From a virus (lineage: Duplodnaviria > Caudoviricetes), in the IMG/VR virus record IMGVR_UViG_3300025018_003796, positions 1-43,217 of that record: a stretch of 43,217 nt of DNA; one strand, given 5' to 3'. The first letter of the stretch is position 1. Every line of letters starts with the position of its first letter. The translations under genes and the position numbers were made by a program. Positions 42,306 to 43,217 of this stretch are shown one piece after another. Under the pieces are notes generated by a model. It was not told the origin of the DNA. It did no database searches and saw only the letters and a list, made by a program, of their open reading frames with translations.

Positions 42306-43217
42306 TTAACGGACGCCGGCGGGTTGTCGCGCCGGTGCCGGTATATTCACGGGACGCCATCCTTGCTCGCTAAGGGCGAACAGTTGATCACCATTCCAGC
42401 GCAATTCCTTCTGCAAGGCCAGTTGGGCCAGTGCTTCCTCGCCAAGCCCCTGCAAACGCGGGTGCATCGCCAACTGATCAACCCGGTTGACAAACTGCGT
42501 GGCTTCCATCGAAAGATTCGGCTTTCCGTTCAGGGCTCCGAACCCTTCCGCATAAGCCTTGCCGCCGGTGGCCTGATCGAAAAACGAAATGAACCGCTCC
42601 GGGTTGCTGCTGGCAATCCCCTTCTTGCGCTCCTGTTGGTTGCGTACGCCCAGATCATGCTCGCGCTCCTGCTTCCTGTCGTCCAGTTCGCGTTCCTTCA
42701 AGCCGAATCCCTTGTCCGCCTGGCGCACGTTCTCATCGAAACCACGGTCGGCAATACGCACATCCTCGCCCAGCTTGCGTTCATCCAGCCCGAAACGCCG
42801 GTCGCCCTGGCGCACGCTCTCATCGAATGACCGGTCGGCCATACGGATACGGCTGTCCACGTCGCGCACATTGAGGTTGTGCTTCTTGTCGTCGAGGGCC
42901 TGCTGGGCATAGCGGCGCACATCCTCATTCTCCGCCAGGCGCATCCGCTGGTCCTGGTGGGCGATGGGCGTTCCCTGCGAGACGCCAGAGCCATTCCAGA
43001 AGAAGCCGCCGCGCTCGTAGGCGTTGGGTTCCTTGACGCCCCAGCCGCCCTGCCCGCCGCGCTTGCTTTCCATGCCGGATGAATCATAATCGAACGATCC
43101 GGGCATTCCCTGCGGCCCCATACCCCAGGAGGGACGCTGGCGCACCAGCGAGCTGCCCGAGTCCTCCACGCCCTGCTGGGCGGCCATACGGTTGGGTCCA
43201 AAGAATTTGAGTGCCAT
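42306..43217 (-). CDS. Putative internal virion/ejection protein
   Basis: 303 aa; Gly/Gln-rich N-terminus and DRxFDExVRQxDxxFGLxER repeats; directly upstream of the giant protein. The start sits at the window edge, so it is uncertain. Confidence 0.6.
   Translation of the reverse strand: MALKFFGPNRMAAQQGVEDSGSSLVRQRPSWGMGPQGMPGSFDYDSSGMESKRGGQGGWGVKEPNAYERGGFFWNGSGVSQGTPIAHQDQRMRLAENEDVRRYAQQALDDKKHNLNVRDVDSRIRMADRSFDESVRQGDRRFGLDERKLGEDVRIADRGFDENVRQADKGFGLKERELDDRKQEREHDLGVRNQQERKKGIASSNPERFISFFDQATGGKAYAEGFGALNGKPNLSMEATQFVNRVDQLAMHPRLQGLGEEALAQLALQKELRWNGDQLFALSEQGWRPVNIPAPARQPAGVR

Noticed and set aside
1-43217. Genome-wide TAG recoding; integrase, tRNA, DGR or lysis genes
   Set aside because: TAG terminates well-defined genes. 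No recognisable motifs for the others in this window; they may lie outside it.

Overview
The window is a circularly permuted segment of a GC-rich, podovirus-like (P22-type head) tailed phage or prophage. Almost all genes are on the minus strand. In gene order from right to left: an internal-virion-like protein (42.3-43.2 kb); a 5951-aa polyvalent/DarB-like protein with adenine-MTase, Strawberry-notch-type SF2 helicase and ART-like modules (24.4-42.3 kb); two plus-strand paralogous membrane morons behind a divergent promoter pair; an early/accessory operon (Cro-like HTH, Xis-like HTH, a C5-MTase split over two fully overlapping frames, DUF2303, ASCH, Gp37/Gp68, replication initiator, DHH phosphoesterase); then terS, terL, nuclease, portal, scaffold, major capsid, adaptors and a signal-peptide-bearing tail-region protein cut by the window edge. 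No integrase, CI repressor, tRNA or CRISPR was seen. The main unusual signals are: (1) an integrase-less array of three complete attC-like sites plus two half-sites (16.48-17.42 kb), apparently inverted relative to the genes, with RBS, start and stop codons inside the sites; (2) three +1-frame genes nested in disordered linkers of the giant protein, two with their own TTGAC-N17 promoter and RBS; (3) a dispersed fixed-geometry STAG-NTCA-hairpin element with compensatory changes; (4) a structured promoter-to-terminator RNA where a repressor gene would be expected. All calls come from reading the sequence by eye; no database searches were run.
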